This document shows positions 9,913 to 19,515 of a stretch of 64,000 nt of DNA, one piece after another. Position 1 is the stretch's first letter. Every line of letters begins with the position of its first letter. The stretch lies in IMG/VR virus record IMGVR_UViG_3300034166_000560. One strand, written 5' to 3'. The DNA comes from a virus. The notes under the pieces are model-generated. The model worked only from the letters and a program-made list of their open reading frames with translations. It had not been told where the DNA came from and made no database searches. Both the position numbers and the translations under genes were made by a program.

Positions 9913-10581
9913 ATGGATATATTAAATGGTAGTCCTTCGCTTGTCTGTGATAACGCAATAGATAACCTATCTTTTAAAAAGATATGCGAACACGTGCGTA
10001 AGCCCGAATTTAGGTGGGATTATTGGCCTGTCGGAAAACGATACATAGATTATGATCCAAACTATCCATGGTTCTTAGACCCAGATACTGGAAAATACAC
10101 CAATCAGAATAAATATAAAGATAGTTTCTCGAGTATGGGTCTAGTAGACAATAGAGTTGTCTCAGAAATTGGTGGATTGTGCAAAGATGCTTTACTGCAA
10201 GTTGCATCGAGATTAAATCTAAAAATCAAAAATATCTATAGAGTAAGATTAGGGTTGATTTTACCCAAAGAAGATGGTAAGATCATTAATATGCCTCATG
10301 TGGATAATGAAATACCTCACTACACAGGATTACTTTATCTAACAAACAATGATGGCGAAACAGTATTATACAATGAAATGTATAATTTAGACCGTAAAAT
10401 TAATAGTGCCGAGCGCTATAAACAAATTATGGATAATGGCGGATTTACGGTCGCCGATAAAGTAGAGTCTAAAGAAAATCGTTTCATGATATTCCAAGGT
10501 AATAGGTATCATTCGAGCACCTGCCCTACTAATATCAAGGAGAGGATAACTGTAAACTACAATTTTGATTTGGAGGTATAA
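9913..10581 (+). CDS. 2OG-Fe(II) oxygenase-like protein
   Basis: PHVD...LLYL...DGET...YHSS..P...RITVNYN. Confidence 0.75.
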   Translation: MDILNGSPSLVCDNAIDNLSFKKICEHVRKPEFRWDYWPVGKRYIDYDPNYPWFLDPDTGKYTNQNKYKDSFSSMGLVDNRVVSEIGGLCKDALLQVASRLNLKIKNIYRVRLGLILPKEDGKIINMPHVDNEIPHYTGLLYLTNNDGETVLYNEMYNLDRKINSAERYKQIMDNGGFTVADKVESKENRFMIFQGNRYHSSTCPTNIKERITVNYNFDLEV

Positions 10582-10582
10582 T

Positions 10583-10681
10583 ATGCCATGGCCAAGTAAG
10601 AATCGACCACGCAAGGGTCGCCGTAAAGTCGGCAGTCAGAAGCGCAAGGCTCGTCGTTTGAAGGGTCGTAAGCGTAAGTAA
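10583..10681 (+). CDS. 32-aa highly basic peptide (missed by ORF track)
   Basis: GGAGG SD upstream; MPWPSKNRPRKGRRKVGSQKRKARRLKGRKRK. Confidence 0.65.
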   Translation: MPWPSKNRPRKGRRKVGSQKRKARRLKGRKRK

Positions 10682-10705
10682 TTTTAATCAGAAAGGTGAA
10701 TAAGT

Positions 10706-10987
10706 ATGAATAAGTTTTTTCTAGCAGCAGCAATCGTTCTGGGTCTAACAGTTTCCGCTGGTGCATATCAGGACGAGACACATAACGGAACAACCGTTGC
10801 TGTTCCAGGCGCTGCTAAGAGCAAGGGCGTGTTCGCTCCAGCTATTCAGCTAACTCCACATGGCACCGTCGTAACTGCTCCTCCAGGTGCAGATGTTGAC
10901 GTTGATAACGATGGTGATGATGTCTCTGTTGACATTACTCCAAAGGGTAAGCGTGGCCTTCTAGGTCTCGGCATTCTAGGAATGTAA
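10706..10987 (+). CDS. Small exported protein
   Basis: Sec signal MNKFFLAAAIVLGLTVSAGA. Confidence 0.6.
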   Translation: MNKFFLAAAIVLGLTVSAGAYQDETHNGTTVAVPGAAKSKGVFAPAIQLTPHGTVVTAPPGADVDVDNDGDDVSVDITPKGKRGLLGLGILGM

Positions 10988-10989
10988 CA

Positions 10990-11448
10990 ATGAAAAAGCT
11001 GAATCTGGACGAAGTCAGAGAGTTCATTGTCAACACATCATTGTCAACAAAGATCTACATCGGTTCAGATTCAGCCCGTTACCGTAAGGGTGAAGTTTGG
11101 TTTGCTGAATACTGTACTGTAGTTGTTGTTCACTATGATGGCAACCGTGGATGTAAAGTTTTTGGTCATTTAGAATCTGAAAGAGACTATGACCAGAAGA
11201 TGAATCGCCCACGTATGCGTTTGATGAATGAAGTGCAGCGTACTGCGCAGATGTATTTGGATCTAGCAGAAGCTATTGGTCAAAGAAAAACAGAAATACA
11301 TCTGGACATCAACCCTGACGAAAAGCATGGATCTTCATGCGTTATTTTAGAAGCAGTTGGATACATCAAGGGAATGTGTAATGTCATTCCTTTTGTAAAA
11401 CCAAACGCCTTCGCAGCTTCTATTGCTGCAGATAGATTGCTGGCGTAA
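10990..11448 (+). CDS. RNase H-like YkuK (DUF458) protein
   Basis: IYIGSDS...RLMNEV...EIHLDIN...AASIAAD. Confidence 0.8.
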   Translation: MKKLNLDEVREFIVNTSLSTKIYIGSDSARYRKGEVWFAEYCTVVVVHYDGNRGCKVFGHLESERDYDQKMNRPRMRLMNEVQRTAQMYLDLAEAIGQRKTEIHLDINPDEKHGSSCVILEAVGYIKGMCNVIPFVKPNAFAASIAADRLLA

Positions 11449-11454
11449 TAATAA

Positions 11455-11530
11455 ACTCCGGTAGCCAAGTGGTTAAGGCCAGCCGCTCATAACGGTTCCA
11501 TCGGGGGTTCGAATCCCTCCCGGAGTACCA
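11455..11530 (+). tRNA. tRNA with CAU anticodon (Ile2 or Met)
   Basis: ACTCCGG/CCGGAGT acceptor, AGCCG-CTCATAA-CGGTT, TTCGAAT, CCA. Confidence 0.92.
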
Positions 11531-11538
11531 CCAAAGGT

Positions 11539-12135
11539 TTGATAATGCAATCGATCAATAATTATATTTTCAAAAAACAATTATCTTTAGATCTTAACCT
11601 TATCAAACAAGAATGTTGGTCTGCATACGATATAATCAAAGAAAATTATATAGATAAAAATTCTAAACACAACAGACAGTGGTCTTTAGGATATGTCAGT
11701 TACAAATATAATTTATTCAGGTTAGGGTATCCAGGGTTTAGTTTATTACATGAACAAATTAGAGATATGTTCTTTGAAATAAATCCTAATTCCCGAGAGC
11801 AACATTATATACATTGTTGGTTAAACCTTTGCGATCAAAATGGTAATTTTCCATGGCATAACCATTCGTATAGATTTGCTATGCTTCTTGGTATGCATGG
11901 TTTCTTTTGCGTAGACGTTGAACCTTCTTCGACATACTATAAATTCTTGGACACAGAAGATATTTACGAATTAGAAGACAAAGATAATCTTCTGATTATG
12001 GCCAAAAACGATAACGATGAACATAGAACTTATCCTTGGCCATACAATAGAACCAGAATAACTATTCCTTTTAACATAGTTTCATCTAAGTATACAGGTG
12101 TTTTGCCTTGTACTGCTTCCTGGTTCCCTTTATAA
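11539..12135 (+). CDS. 2OG-Fe(II) oxygenase-like protein
   Basis: CWLN...WHNH...HRT...RITIPFN; AT-rich, directly after a tRNA. Confidence 0.6.
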   Translation: MIMQSINNYIFKKQLSLDLNLIKQECWSAYDIIKENYIDKNSKHNRQWSLGYVSYKYNLFRLGYPGFSLLHEQIRDMFFEINPNSREQHYIHCWLNLCDQNGNFPWHNHSYRFAMLLGMHGFFCVDVEPSSTYYKFLDTEDIYELEDKDNLLIMAKNDNDEHRTYPWPYNRTRITIPFNIVSSKYTGVLPCTASWFPL

Positions 12136-12151
12136 TCTGAAAGGATATATT

Positions 12152-12559
12152 ATGCGTTATATTATTGTGCTAGCATTTGCGCTTTTCTCTACAACAGCAA
12201 ACGCTGGCTTCTTGGATGATCTATTTGGTGGTTGGAATCAACACCAGCAAGTCGCCTATGGCAAGCATTCCAAGCATATAAATACCTATTCCACTGGTGG
12301 CGGACATAACGCCTCGTGGTATAACGACCGGAGCGGACGGACAGCATCCGGTATGCGTCATCACTATGGGGTGGCGCATAGAACCTTACCATTTGGAACA
12401 ACGGTTTGTATCCACAACCCGTCGAATGGTAGGCAAGTAGAAGCCGTTGTAACCGATAGAGGGCCATTCGTCAGAGGAAGAACAATTGACGTCAATCAAA
12501 ACGTGGCTCGTGCCCTTGGTTTCCGAGGAACCGCACATCTAAATTACCATCCGTGTTAA
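12152..12559 (+). CDS. RlpA-like (DPBB) lytic transglycosylase with signal peptide
   Basis: ASWY...TASG...AHRTLPFGT...VTDRGPFVRGRTIDV. Confidence 0.9.
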   Translation: MRYIIVLAFALFSTTANAGFLDDLFGGWNQHQQVAYGKHSKHINTYSTGGGHNASWYNDRSGRTASGMRHHYGVAHRTLPFGTTVCIHNPSNGRQVEAVVTDRGPFVRGRTIDVNQNVARALGFRGTAHLNYHPC

Positions 12560-12594
12560 GGGTCGGTTGCACATAACAGAAAGGTAAATCCCAA

Positions 12595-13122
12595 ATGAAG
12601 AAGATTATTCTAGCTGCGATGACAGCAGCTGCTGTGCTTGCGTATGCAAGTGTGGCAGAAGCAAAAGTTCATCCTGGCAAACATAGTCAGTATTCAGCAA
12701 ATCTCGAAGAACCAGATCCGATTGGATCGATCTTCGATGGTTGGGGAGACGTTACTCCTCAGCTACGTTTTAAAAACAAACGACAGGCTCGCATTTACAG
12801 CGAGCGTAGAGAAGCAACTTATGGCTTTGAGCGTGCGGACGATGGATACTCAGGTTCGATCGTAGCTCTTGGTCATCAGCTTCAGCATCAGGGTCTCCGT
12901 GTGTCTGAGCATCCATCATTCGGTGGAGTGCACCATGTTCATCATGGTTGGGCACACTACGCAGGGCGTGCGATCGACGTAAATGTTGGTCGTGGCGTTT
13001 TCGAGGCTCACTCAGCGTATGCACACAATTTTGATCACCTTGCTGCTCAGTTAAGATCAGAAGGTTACACAGTGCTCTGGAGAGTTCCAGGTCACTATAA
13101 TCATATGCATATTCAAAAATAA
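12595..13122 (+). CDS. Exported M15-like zinc peptidase
   Basis: Signal peptide; H..GRAIDV...HYNHMH. Confidence 0.6.
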   Translation: MKKIILAAMTAAAVLAYASVAEAKVHPGKHSQYSANLEEPDPIGSIFDGWGDVTPQLRFKNKRQARIYSERREATYGFERADDGYSGSIVALGHQLQHQGLRVSEHPSFGGVHHVHHGWAHYAGRAIDVNVGRGVFEAHSAYAHNFDHLAAQLRSEGYTVLWRVPGHYNHMHIQK

Positions 13123-13126
13123 CAAC

Positions 13127-13157
13127 GAGGGTGGCAATGTCCGTGCCACCCTTTTTT
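13127..13157 (+). terminator. Rho-independent terminator
   Basis: GAGGGTGGCA/TGCCACCCTT stem then T run. Confidence 0.8.
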
Positions 13158-13158
13158 C

Positions 13159-13737
13159 TTGGAGGCTATTTTGAATTTAGAAAAAGAAGACAAAACAATA
13201 GACATTCCGAATATCGAAGACCACCACTATTATCTATTCAACTCAACATTCGACGCAAGTTCTACGGGCGAAGCATTAAAGTTTATTCTTGCCCGTAACC
13301 TAATGAAAAAAGACCGCCCGAAGTTTATGAAATTTATTATTAACTCTCCTGGCGGCGAAGTTCCCTCAGCCTTTTCTCTCATCGATACGATGAAGGGTTC
13401 AAAGATTCCGGTATATACATATGGACTTGGTGAAATTGCTTCTTGTGGTCTACTTACGTTTATGGCGGGAGCAAAAGGACATCGTTACATTACTAGAAAT
13501 ACCGCAATTCTATCCCACCAGTTCTCATGGGGATCTATGGGTAAAGAACATGAATTGATGGCATCAGTCAAAGAATTTAATAATACCAGTCAGCGCATTG
13601 TAGATCATTATAAGAAGTGCACTGGTCAAACCGAAGCAACTATTAAGAAGTATCTACTACCACCAGAAGATGTTTGGTTAACTCCAAAGGAAGCAGTGAA
13701 ATATGGAATCGCAGACGAAATTGTGGATTTTTATTGA
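13159..13737 (+). CDS. clpP: ClpP-like protease
   Basis: INSPGG, IASCG (catalytic Ser), LSHQ, DVWLTPKEAVKYGIAD. Confidence 0.85.
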   Translation: MEAILNLEKEDKTIDIPNIEDHHYYLFNSTFDASSTGEALKFILARNLMKKDRPKFMKFIINSPGGEVPSAFSLIDTMKGSKIPVYTYGLGEIASCGLLTFMAGAKGHRYITRNTAILSHQFSWGSMGKEHELMASVKEFNNTSQRIVDHYKKCTGQTEATIKKYLLPPEDVWLTPKEAVKYGIADEIVDFY

Positions 13738-13939
13738 GTGGGTAGCAACTGTTGTTCTAATCGTAGGTGTTGCTCTGACTTCATGGAATATCTATCCAGC
13801 TAATATATACGTAAGTGCTGCTGGTAATCTATTGTGGTTTGTGATAGGTTGGCACTGGAGAAAATTGTCTCTAATCACAATCCAAATTATAGTTACTGGT
13901 ATATATGCAGTTGGGTTGTGGAAGTATTGGTTCTTATAA
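13703..13939 (+). CDS. Small 3-TM membrane protein
   Basis: Three hydrophobic segments. Confidence 0.55.
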   Translation: MESQTKLWIFIEWVATVVLIVGVALTSWNIYPANIYVSAAGNLLWFVIGWHWRKLSLITIQIIVTGIYAVGLWKYWFL

Positions 13940-13942
13940 ATA
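13935..13942 (+). promoter_or_regulatory. T4-type late promoter
   Basis: TATAAATA 18 nt upstream of the ATG at 13961. Confidence 0.75.
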
Positions 13943-13960
13943 ATCCAAAAAGGAATCAAT

Positions 13961-14683
13961 ATGCAGAACTTCTCAGAATTTATTGCCGAGTTAAAAATAA
14001 CTCTAAAATGTCACGAAGAGCTTAATGAGAAGCTCTGGGATGGCGATAAAATAAAGCCAGAAGTTCGTAAGGCTCTTATAAAATTCGGCGAGACTTGGGC
14101 TGACTTTGCTAAGATTCCCAAGAGTATGATTGAAGATATCGTAATGACAGGTGGTAACACTAACTTCAATTACACTTCTAAATCTGATATTGATGTTCAT
14201 CTTATCGTCGACCGTTCTAAATTGTTTAGCGATCCAAAATTCGTAGAGGAATATCTCCAGGATAAAAAATCTCTCTGGACTCTATCTCACGATGTTAATG
14301 TATATGGATATCCGCTAGAACCTTACGCTCAAGATAATAGTATTAAATATCCGAAAGATCAGGGCGTCTATTCTCTTAAAAACGATGAATGGTTAAAGAA
14401 ACCTGGTAAGTGCGACTACGATTATCAGAACGATCACCTTCTTAAACAGAAGGTTAAGCACTATATGCACGCCATTGACCATCTAATCAAAAATAAGATG
14501 GGCGAGGGTGCAGTCAATGTTTTGAAAACAAAACTAAAGAACATGCGAGCCGCTGGCATCCAGCAGTATGGTGAATATTCCAGAGAGAACCTAGTATTCA
14601 AAGAGCTACGTAACAGAGGATATCTGGATAAGATGAATGCCTATGATAAGGGCGTCCAAGATCAAGAGCTCTCGCTAAAATAA
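13961..14683 (+). CDS. Pol-beta-superfamily nucleotidyltransferase with capsid-targeting-like N-terminus
   Basis: TGG...SDIDVH motif; N-terminus MQNFSEFIAE. Confidence 0.75.
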   Translation: MQNFSEFIAELKITLKCHEELNEKLWDGDKIKPEVRKALIKFGETWADFAKIPKSMIEDIVMTGGNTNFNYTSKSDIDVHLIVDRSKLFSDPKFVEEYLQDKKSLWTLSHDVNVYGYPLEPYAQDNSIKYPKDQGVYSLKNDEWLKKPGKCDYDYQNDHLLKQKVKHYMHAIDHLIKNKMGEGAVNVLKTKLKNMRAAGIQQYGEYSRENLVFKELRNRGYLDKMNAYDKGVQDQELSLK

Positions 14684-14686
14684 ATA

Positions 14687-14715
14687 TTGCTTTCCACTAA
14701 AAAATAAGTTATAAT
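14687..14715 (+). promoter_or_regulatory. Sigma70-type promoter
   Basis: TTGCTT-17nt-TATAAT upstream of small ORF 14741-14860. Confidence 0.6.
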
Positions 14716-14849
14716 GTTCTGATCTAACTTGGAGGTTGTCATGAATATGAGCAGTGATCTAGAATTTATGGTTGAGACGGACATGATTTTGCTGGGCTAT
14801 AATCCGTATAACCCTGCTGATGTCAATTTGTATTGGGAGGATTACTTTA

Positions 14850-15125
14850 ATGGCCATTGAGATTTATTCAAAGACTAATTGTGTGCATTGCGATCAAGCA
14901 AAGCAAATCCTACGCACACACGGTAAAGATTTCATTGAGTATAAGTTAGACGAAGACTTTACTCGTGAGATTCTACTATCAAAGTTTCCAGAAGCTAAGA
15001 CTTTTCCTGTCGTAGTCGTTGATGGTTTTAACATCGGCGGATATGAGCAGCTAAAGCAGCATCTTGTTGAAGAAACTTCAGACACTCGCAAGGTTCTATT
15101 GGAAAATAATTACCACGGAGCATAA
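14850..15125 (+). CDS. Glutaredoxin
   Basis: CVHC, TFPVV, IGGY. Confidence 0.9.
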   Translation: MAIEIYSKTNCVHCDQAKQILRTHGKDFIEYKLDEDFTREILLSKFPEAKTFPVVVVDGFNIGGYEQLKQHLVEETSDTRKVLLENNYHGA

Positions 15126-15128
15126 ATT

Positions 15129-15410
15129 ATGGCTACCTACGATCGTGACACTCTGCTAGAAGACCTACGCAAGAATGTTGTTGCAGTTTATTTCACAAAG
15201 GTTAATGGCGAAAAGCGAGAGATGCGTTGCACTCTCATGCCAGGTCTACTTCCTCCGACATATGTCGAAGAAGAAAAAGACGTAAAGAAATTCCATGACG
15301 AGAACAAAGAAGTTCTTGCTGTATGGGACGTGATGAAGGGTGGATGGCGTTCATTCCGTATCGACTCTATTGAATATGTTCAAGTTTTAGATCCATATCA
15401 ATATTTTTAG
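15129..15410 (+). CDS. WYL_2/SH3-like (DUF2693) protein
   Basis: FTKVNGEKREMRCTL...VWD...GWRSFR. Confidence 0.8.
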   Translation: MATYDRDTLLEDLRKNVVAVYFTKVNGEKREMRCTLMPGLLPPTYVEEEKDVKKFHDENKEVLAVWDVMKGGWRSFRIDSIEYVQVLDPYQYF

Positions 15411-15419
15411 GAGTCAAGA

Positions 15420-15782
15420 ATGAACGAAAAGACCTACTGGGGTTATCACCTAATCATCAATGCGGGCGATTGCGATAGAGCAGCAGTAACAAGTCCAGCA
15501 ACAATTTACGAATTCGTTACCGATCTAGTTGAGAAGATTGACATGGTTGCTTATGGCGAACCACAGATCGTTCACTTTGGCGACGGTAATAAGTCTGGAT
15601 ATACTCTTGTCCAGCTAATCGAAACAAGTAACATTTGTGCACATTTCTGCGACGATTCAGGTGATATGTACCTAGACGTCTTTTCGTGCAAGCCTTTTGA
15701 TAAAAACGTAGTTGCTCAACTTGTTGATGACTATTTCCTACCTACTAGATCAAATACTACATATCTAGAAAGACAAGCATAA
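15420..15782 (+). CDS. speD: S-adenosylmethionine decarboxylase-like proenzyme
   Basis: GYHLI...GYT..QLIETSNICAH...DVFSCK. Confidence 0.7.
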   Translation: MNEKTYWGYHLIINAGDCDRAAVTSPATIYEFVTDLVEKIDMVAYGEPQIVHFGDGNKSGYTLVQLIETSNICAHFCDDSGDMYLDVFSCKPFDKNVVAQLVDDYFLPTRSNTTYLERQA

Positions 15783-15794
15783 CATAATTGGAGT

Positions 15795-16631
15795 TTGGTA
15801 ATGAATATTATTTGGTCGGACTTTGATCCGAATTCAGAATGGTCTGTGAAGCAGCGTGAAGCTAAAGCGGTAAACGGGTCAGATTATTGGCCAACGATGC
15901 GGGAAGTGTTCAAGCATGATTGTGCTACACTCCCGCTCAATCGTTTTCGTTTGTGGGCTAGTATCCACAACGTTCCTCTTGTAACACAGTACAGAACATC
16001 TCGTTTCTTTGGCGAAGCATTCTATCATGCTTATCGTGACGAAGAAATCTATAATGCTCTGCTAGAAAACTGGATTGGTATTCCAGAAGGTATGGCAGAA
16101 GCACTTCGCCCAACTAATGATTTTGATACATCAACGCAGCGTATCCAGAACCTTGGTCATCTTATGATTACTGGGTTCGGTAAGGAGAAGCTACGTTCTA
16201 TCAAGTCAATTGTTGAAATTGGTGCTGGCTATGGTGACATGTGTTCACTAATCCACGACCTTGGTTTCGAGGGCGAATATACTATCGTTGATATTCCAGA
16301 GACTCAGCCAATTCAGGAATTCTATCTTGGTAAGCAGGGCATTACTCCAAAGTGGTCTTTCGAAGACGACAACGTCTCTCATGCTGATCTTGTAATTGCT
16401 ACTTGGTCTCTATCAGAAACGCCACTCGAATATCGTGCGCAGCTAATGCCAAAGATCGACCAGTCAAAGAACTGGCTAATCATGGCACAGTCTGAAATCT
16501 TTGGACAGAAGGTAAATGACGAATATTTTACTAACTTCTTCAAAGATAAGAACATGACAAAGATTCCACTTGGTTCAGAGCAGATGAAGCAGTGGGATGG
16601 TGATAACAATTATTATGTTGTGAGGGATTAA
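15795..16631 (+). CDS. Putative sugar O-methyltransferase
   Basis: VEIGAGYG, YTIVDIPE, IATWSLSE. Confidence 0.7.
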   Translation: MVMNIIWSDFDPNSEWSVKQREAKAVNGSDYWPTMREVFKHDCATLPLNRFRLWASIHNVPLVTQYRTSRFFGEAFYHAYRDEEIYNALLENWIGIPEGMAEALRPTNDFDTSTQRIQNLGHLMITGFGKEKLRSIKSIVEIGAGYGDMCSLIHDLGFEGEYTIVDIPETQPIQEFYLGKQGITPKWSFEDDNVSHADLVIATWSLSETPLEYRAQLMPKIDQSKNWLIMAQSEIFGQKVNDEYFTNFFKDKNMTKIPLGSEQMKQWDGDNNYYVVRD

Positions 16632-17137
16632 TGCTTAACGTTCGTTCAACTTATCCTATGGCAGAACCTTGTTATAACCATGCAGAAAAGTGGCGTCCTA
16701 ATAATGGTATTACATTCGGAACGTTTGATCTGATGCATGCTGGCCATGTTACAATGCTCGAGGTATGTCGAGCGCAGTGTGATCATCTAATCGTTGGGTT
16801 GCAGTCTGACCCAACGATCGACCGTCCAGATACAAAGAACAAGCCAGTTCAATCTCTTTTTGAAAGATATGCGCAGTTATCTGCTTGTCGGTTCGTAGAC
16901 CAGATCATTCCCTACGACACAGAAGAGGATTTAGCAAATATGCTAAGTATCCTGGACGTTAAAAAGAGATTCCTTGGCGAAGAATATAAGGGACAATTCG
17001 TATATGCCGCTGATGTCTGCAGACAGCGAGAGATTGAAGTCGTATATATTGATCGCAAACACTATTATTCTTCATCAAATTTAAGAGGCAAAGTATATGC
17101 TAGAGAGTTGTCTAAACGCTCCAATAATCCATCTTGA
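16631..17137 (+). CDS. Cytidylyltransferase-family (TagD/RfaE-like) nucleotidyltransferase
   Basis: TFGTFDLMHAGH, LIVGLQSD, R....SSS. Confidence 0.85.
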   Translation: MLNVRSTYPMAEPCYNHAEKWRPNNGITFGTFDLMHAGHVTMLEVCRAQCDHLIVGLQSDPTIDRPDTKNKPVQSLFERYAQLSACRFVDQIIPYDTEEDLANMLSILDVKKRFLGEEYKGQFVYAADVCRQREIEVVYIDRKHYYSSSNLRGKVYARELSKRSNNPS

Positions 17138-17651
17138 ATATTTCGCACAACAAGCTCAGAACCTTGATGGTTTGGTTCTAGAGTTTGGTGTAGCTACAGG
17201 CGGAACTATCAAAAGAATTGCATCAACATTACCAGACAGAACTGTGTATGGATTTGATTGGTTCCAAGGTTTGCCAGAAGATTGGACTAACGGTTACAAC
17301 GCTGGGCATTTTTCTTGTGAGAAACCATCAGACCTACCAGAGAATGTAGTAATCGTAGAAGGTCTATTCAAGAAAACTGTTCCAGGATTTATCAAACAAC
17401 ACAAAGAAGAAAAAGTTGCATTCATGCATGTTGATTGCGATATCTATTCTTCTGCAAAATATGTTCTTGATAAGTTCGAAAAGAAGTTCCAAGATGGTTC
17501 TGTTATTGTCTTTGACGAATTTATCATATATAATAATTATCAGCATCATGAATGGAAAGCATGGAATGAATTCTTAGAAAAGACTAAGTATAAGTATGAA
17601 GTGCTCGGTAGAGCTCATGCAGAAAGCGTGGCGTTTAGAATTTATAAGTGA
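17097..17651 (+). CDS. TylF/MycF-like O-methyltransferase
   Basis: LEFGVATG, YGFDWFQGLPE, HVDCDIYSS, VFDE. Confidence 0.85.
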   Translation: MLESCLNAPIIHLEYFAQQAQNLDGLVLEFGVATGGTIKRIASTLPDRTVYGFDWFQGLPEDWTNGYNAGHFSCEKPSDLPENVVIVEGLFKKTVPGFIKQHKEEKVAFMHVDCDIYSSAKYVLDKFEKKFQDGSVIVFDEFIIYNNYQHHEWKAWNEFLEKTKYKYEVLGRAHAESVAFRIYK

Positions 17652-17657
17652 GGCATA

Positions 17658-18242
17658 ATGACATTTAGTGATCAATATTTTAACGAAGTAGTAGACATCG
17701 CAAATGCAATCGATAAGAACAAAATTGATAAGCTGGCTAAAGCTGTTGCAGATGTCGGTGCGCATGCTGGTCGTGTGTTTGTTCTTGGCGTTGGTGGTAG
17801 CGCTGGCAACGCTTCCCATATGGTTAATGATCTACGTAAACTATGCGGAATCGAATCATACTCTCCAACAGACAACGTGTCGGAACTTACCGCAAGGACT
17901 AACGATGAGGGCTTCGACACCATCTTTACAGAATACCTCAAAGTCAGCAATTTTTCTTCACGTGATGCGCTGTTCGTCTTATCAGTAGGCGGTGGTAATA
18001 AAGAGAAGAATGTATCAGTTGGTCTAGTTAATGCCATTGATCTAGCAAAAGAATACGGTGCGAAGGTATTCGGTATTGTTGGTAAGAAAGATGGTTATGC
18101 TGCTAAGAATGGTGACATTGTTGTAGTTGTCCCGCAACTATCTCCTGATAGAGTTACTCCTCACTCCGAAGCATTCCAGGGCGTAGTCTGGCATTGCTTA
18201 GTTTCTAATCCTGTCCTACAGAAGAACAAAACCAAATGGTAA
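17658..18242 (+). CDS. gmhA: Sedoheptulose-7-phosphate isomerase (SIS)
   Basis: GVGGSAGNASH..ND, TARTND.GF, HSE. Confidence 0.85.
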   Translation: MTFSDQYFNEVVDIANAIDKNKIDKLAKAVADVGAHAGRVFVLGVGGSAGNASHMVNDLRKLCGIESYSPTDNVSELTARTNDEGFDTIFTEYLKVSNFSSRDALFVLSVGGGNKEKNVSVGLVNAIDLAKEYGAKVFGIVGKKDGYAAKNGDIVVVVPQLSPDRVTPHSEAFQGVVWHCLVSNPVLQKNKTKW

Positions 18243-18778
18243 AAGCAGTATTCCTTGATCGTGATGGCACGCTCAACGAGCTAGTCCATGGTAGAGATAA
18301 TCCAAAGCACGTTTGTCCTTGGTATTTCTCTGAGTTCAATTACATCAATGGTGTAGAGGAAGCAATTAAGGGATTGAGATCTCTTGGATTTTCTCTACAC
18401 GTTGTGACCAATCAGCCAGACGTTGATGATGGATACACAACCGAAGAAACTATGAATGTCATTCATGATTGTTTAAAGAACGACTTAAAGGTTGATACAA
18501 TTCAGGCAGCAAGAACACGTGGTACTGAAGAGTATAAACCTAATCCTGGTATGTTGAATAAGATCATCAAAGAATGGATGGTAAGTAAGGAACGTAGCTG
18601 GATGATTGGTGATACATGGCGTGACGTTGTTGCAGGAAATCGTGCTGGCGTCAAGACTATATACCTTGGTGATATATACAATGCGCCTCAAGAATATTTG
18701 CATATTACTCCAGATTTCTATGCCAAAAACCTTCTTGAAGCAGTAACAATTATTCAACAAAATGTAGGTGGACAATGA
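18236..18778 (+). CDS. gmhB: Heptose-1,7-bisphosphate phosphatase (HAD)
   Basis: AVFLDRDGTLN, VVTNQ, KPNPGML, MIGD. Confidence 0.85.
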   Translation: MVKAVFLDRDGTLNELVHGRDNPKHVCPWYFSEFNYINGVEEAIKGLRSLGFSLHVVTNQPDVDDGYTTEETMNVIHDCLKNDLKVDTIQAARTRGTEEYKPNPGMLNKIIKEWMVSKERSWMIGDTWRDVVAGNRAGVKTIYLGDIYNAPQEYLHITPDFYAKNLLEAVTIIQQNVGGQ

Positions 18779-19515
18779 TTGAGATTTATGCAGACGGTGC
18801 AGACTTTGATGGTATTATGAAGGCTGCTGAGAATCCAAGAGTTACAGGATTTACTACTAACCCAACACTAATGAAGCAAGCTGGTATTACAGACTATGAA
18901 TTATTCGCAAAGAATACAATTCGTTCTCTTGCTGAAAAGCGCCCAGGAACTAATATCTCTCTTGAAGTATTCGCTGACGATACAAATAATATGTATCTAC
19001 AGGCAAAAAAGATTGCTTCGTGGGGAGCAGAATGTAACTACGATGTGTTCGTAAAGATTCCAGTTATGAATACAAAGGGCGAACCAAATTATGGTTTAAT
19101 TAGATTGCTTAACGAAGAAGGCGTAAAGGTAAACGTTACTGCGGTCTTTACTCCTAACCAAACTCACAATATTATAGAGAACATTACTAACCCAGATGTT
19201 CCCGTTATTATCTCTATTTTCTCTGGCCGTGTTGCTGATACTCTACGCAATCCTATTACTTGGACTAAGCAGTGTATTGGTGAATCAAACAACAAGCCAG
19301 CAGAGTTCGATAAGATTAAGTTCCTTTGGGCTTCTTGTAGAGAAATCTATCATCTGCAGATGGCAGAAGCTGCTGGTTGTGATATCATTACCATGCTTCA
19401 TGATCAGATCAAGAAGTTAAACCTACAAGGTAAAGATCTAACAAAGTTTTCTCAGGAAACTGTTGAAATGTTTTATAATGATGCTGTTGCATCTGGATAT
19501 AGGATTGAAGTATAA
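18775..19515 (+). CDS. tal: Transaldolase
   Basis: GFTTNPTLM, VFVKIP, VNVTAVF, LWAS.RE. Confidence 0.9.
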   Translation: MIEIYADGADFDGIMKAAENPRVTGFTTNPTLMKQAGITDYELFAKNTIRSLAEKRPGTNISLEVFADDTNNMYLQAKKIASWGAECNYDVFVKIPVMNTKGEPNYGLIRLLNEEGVKVNVTAVFTPNQTHNIIENITNPDVPVIISIFSGRVADTLRNPITWTKQCIGESNNKPAEFDKIKFLWASCREIYHLQMAEAAGCDIITMLHDQIKKLNLQGKDLTKFSQETVEMFYNDAVASGYRIEV

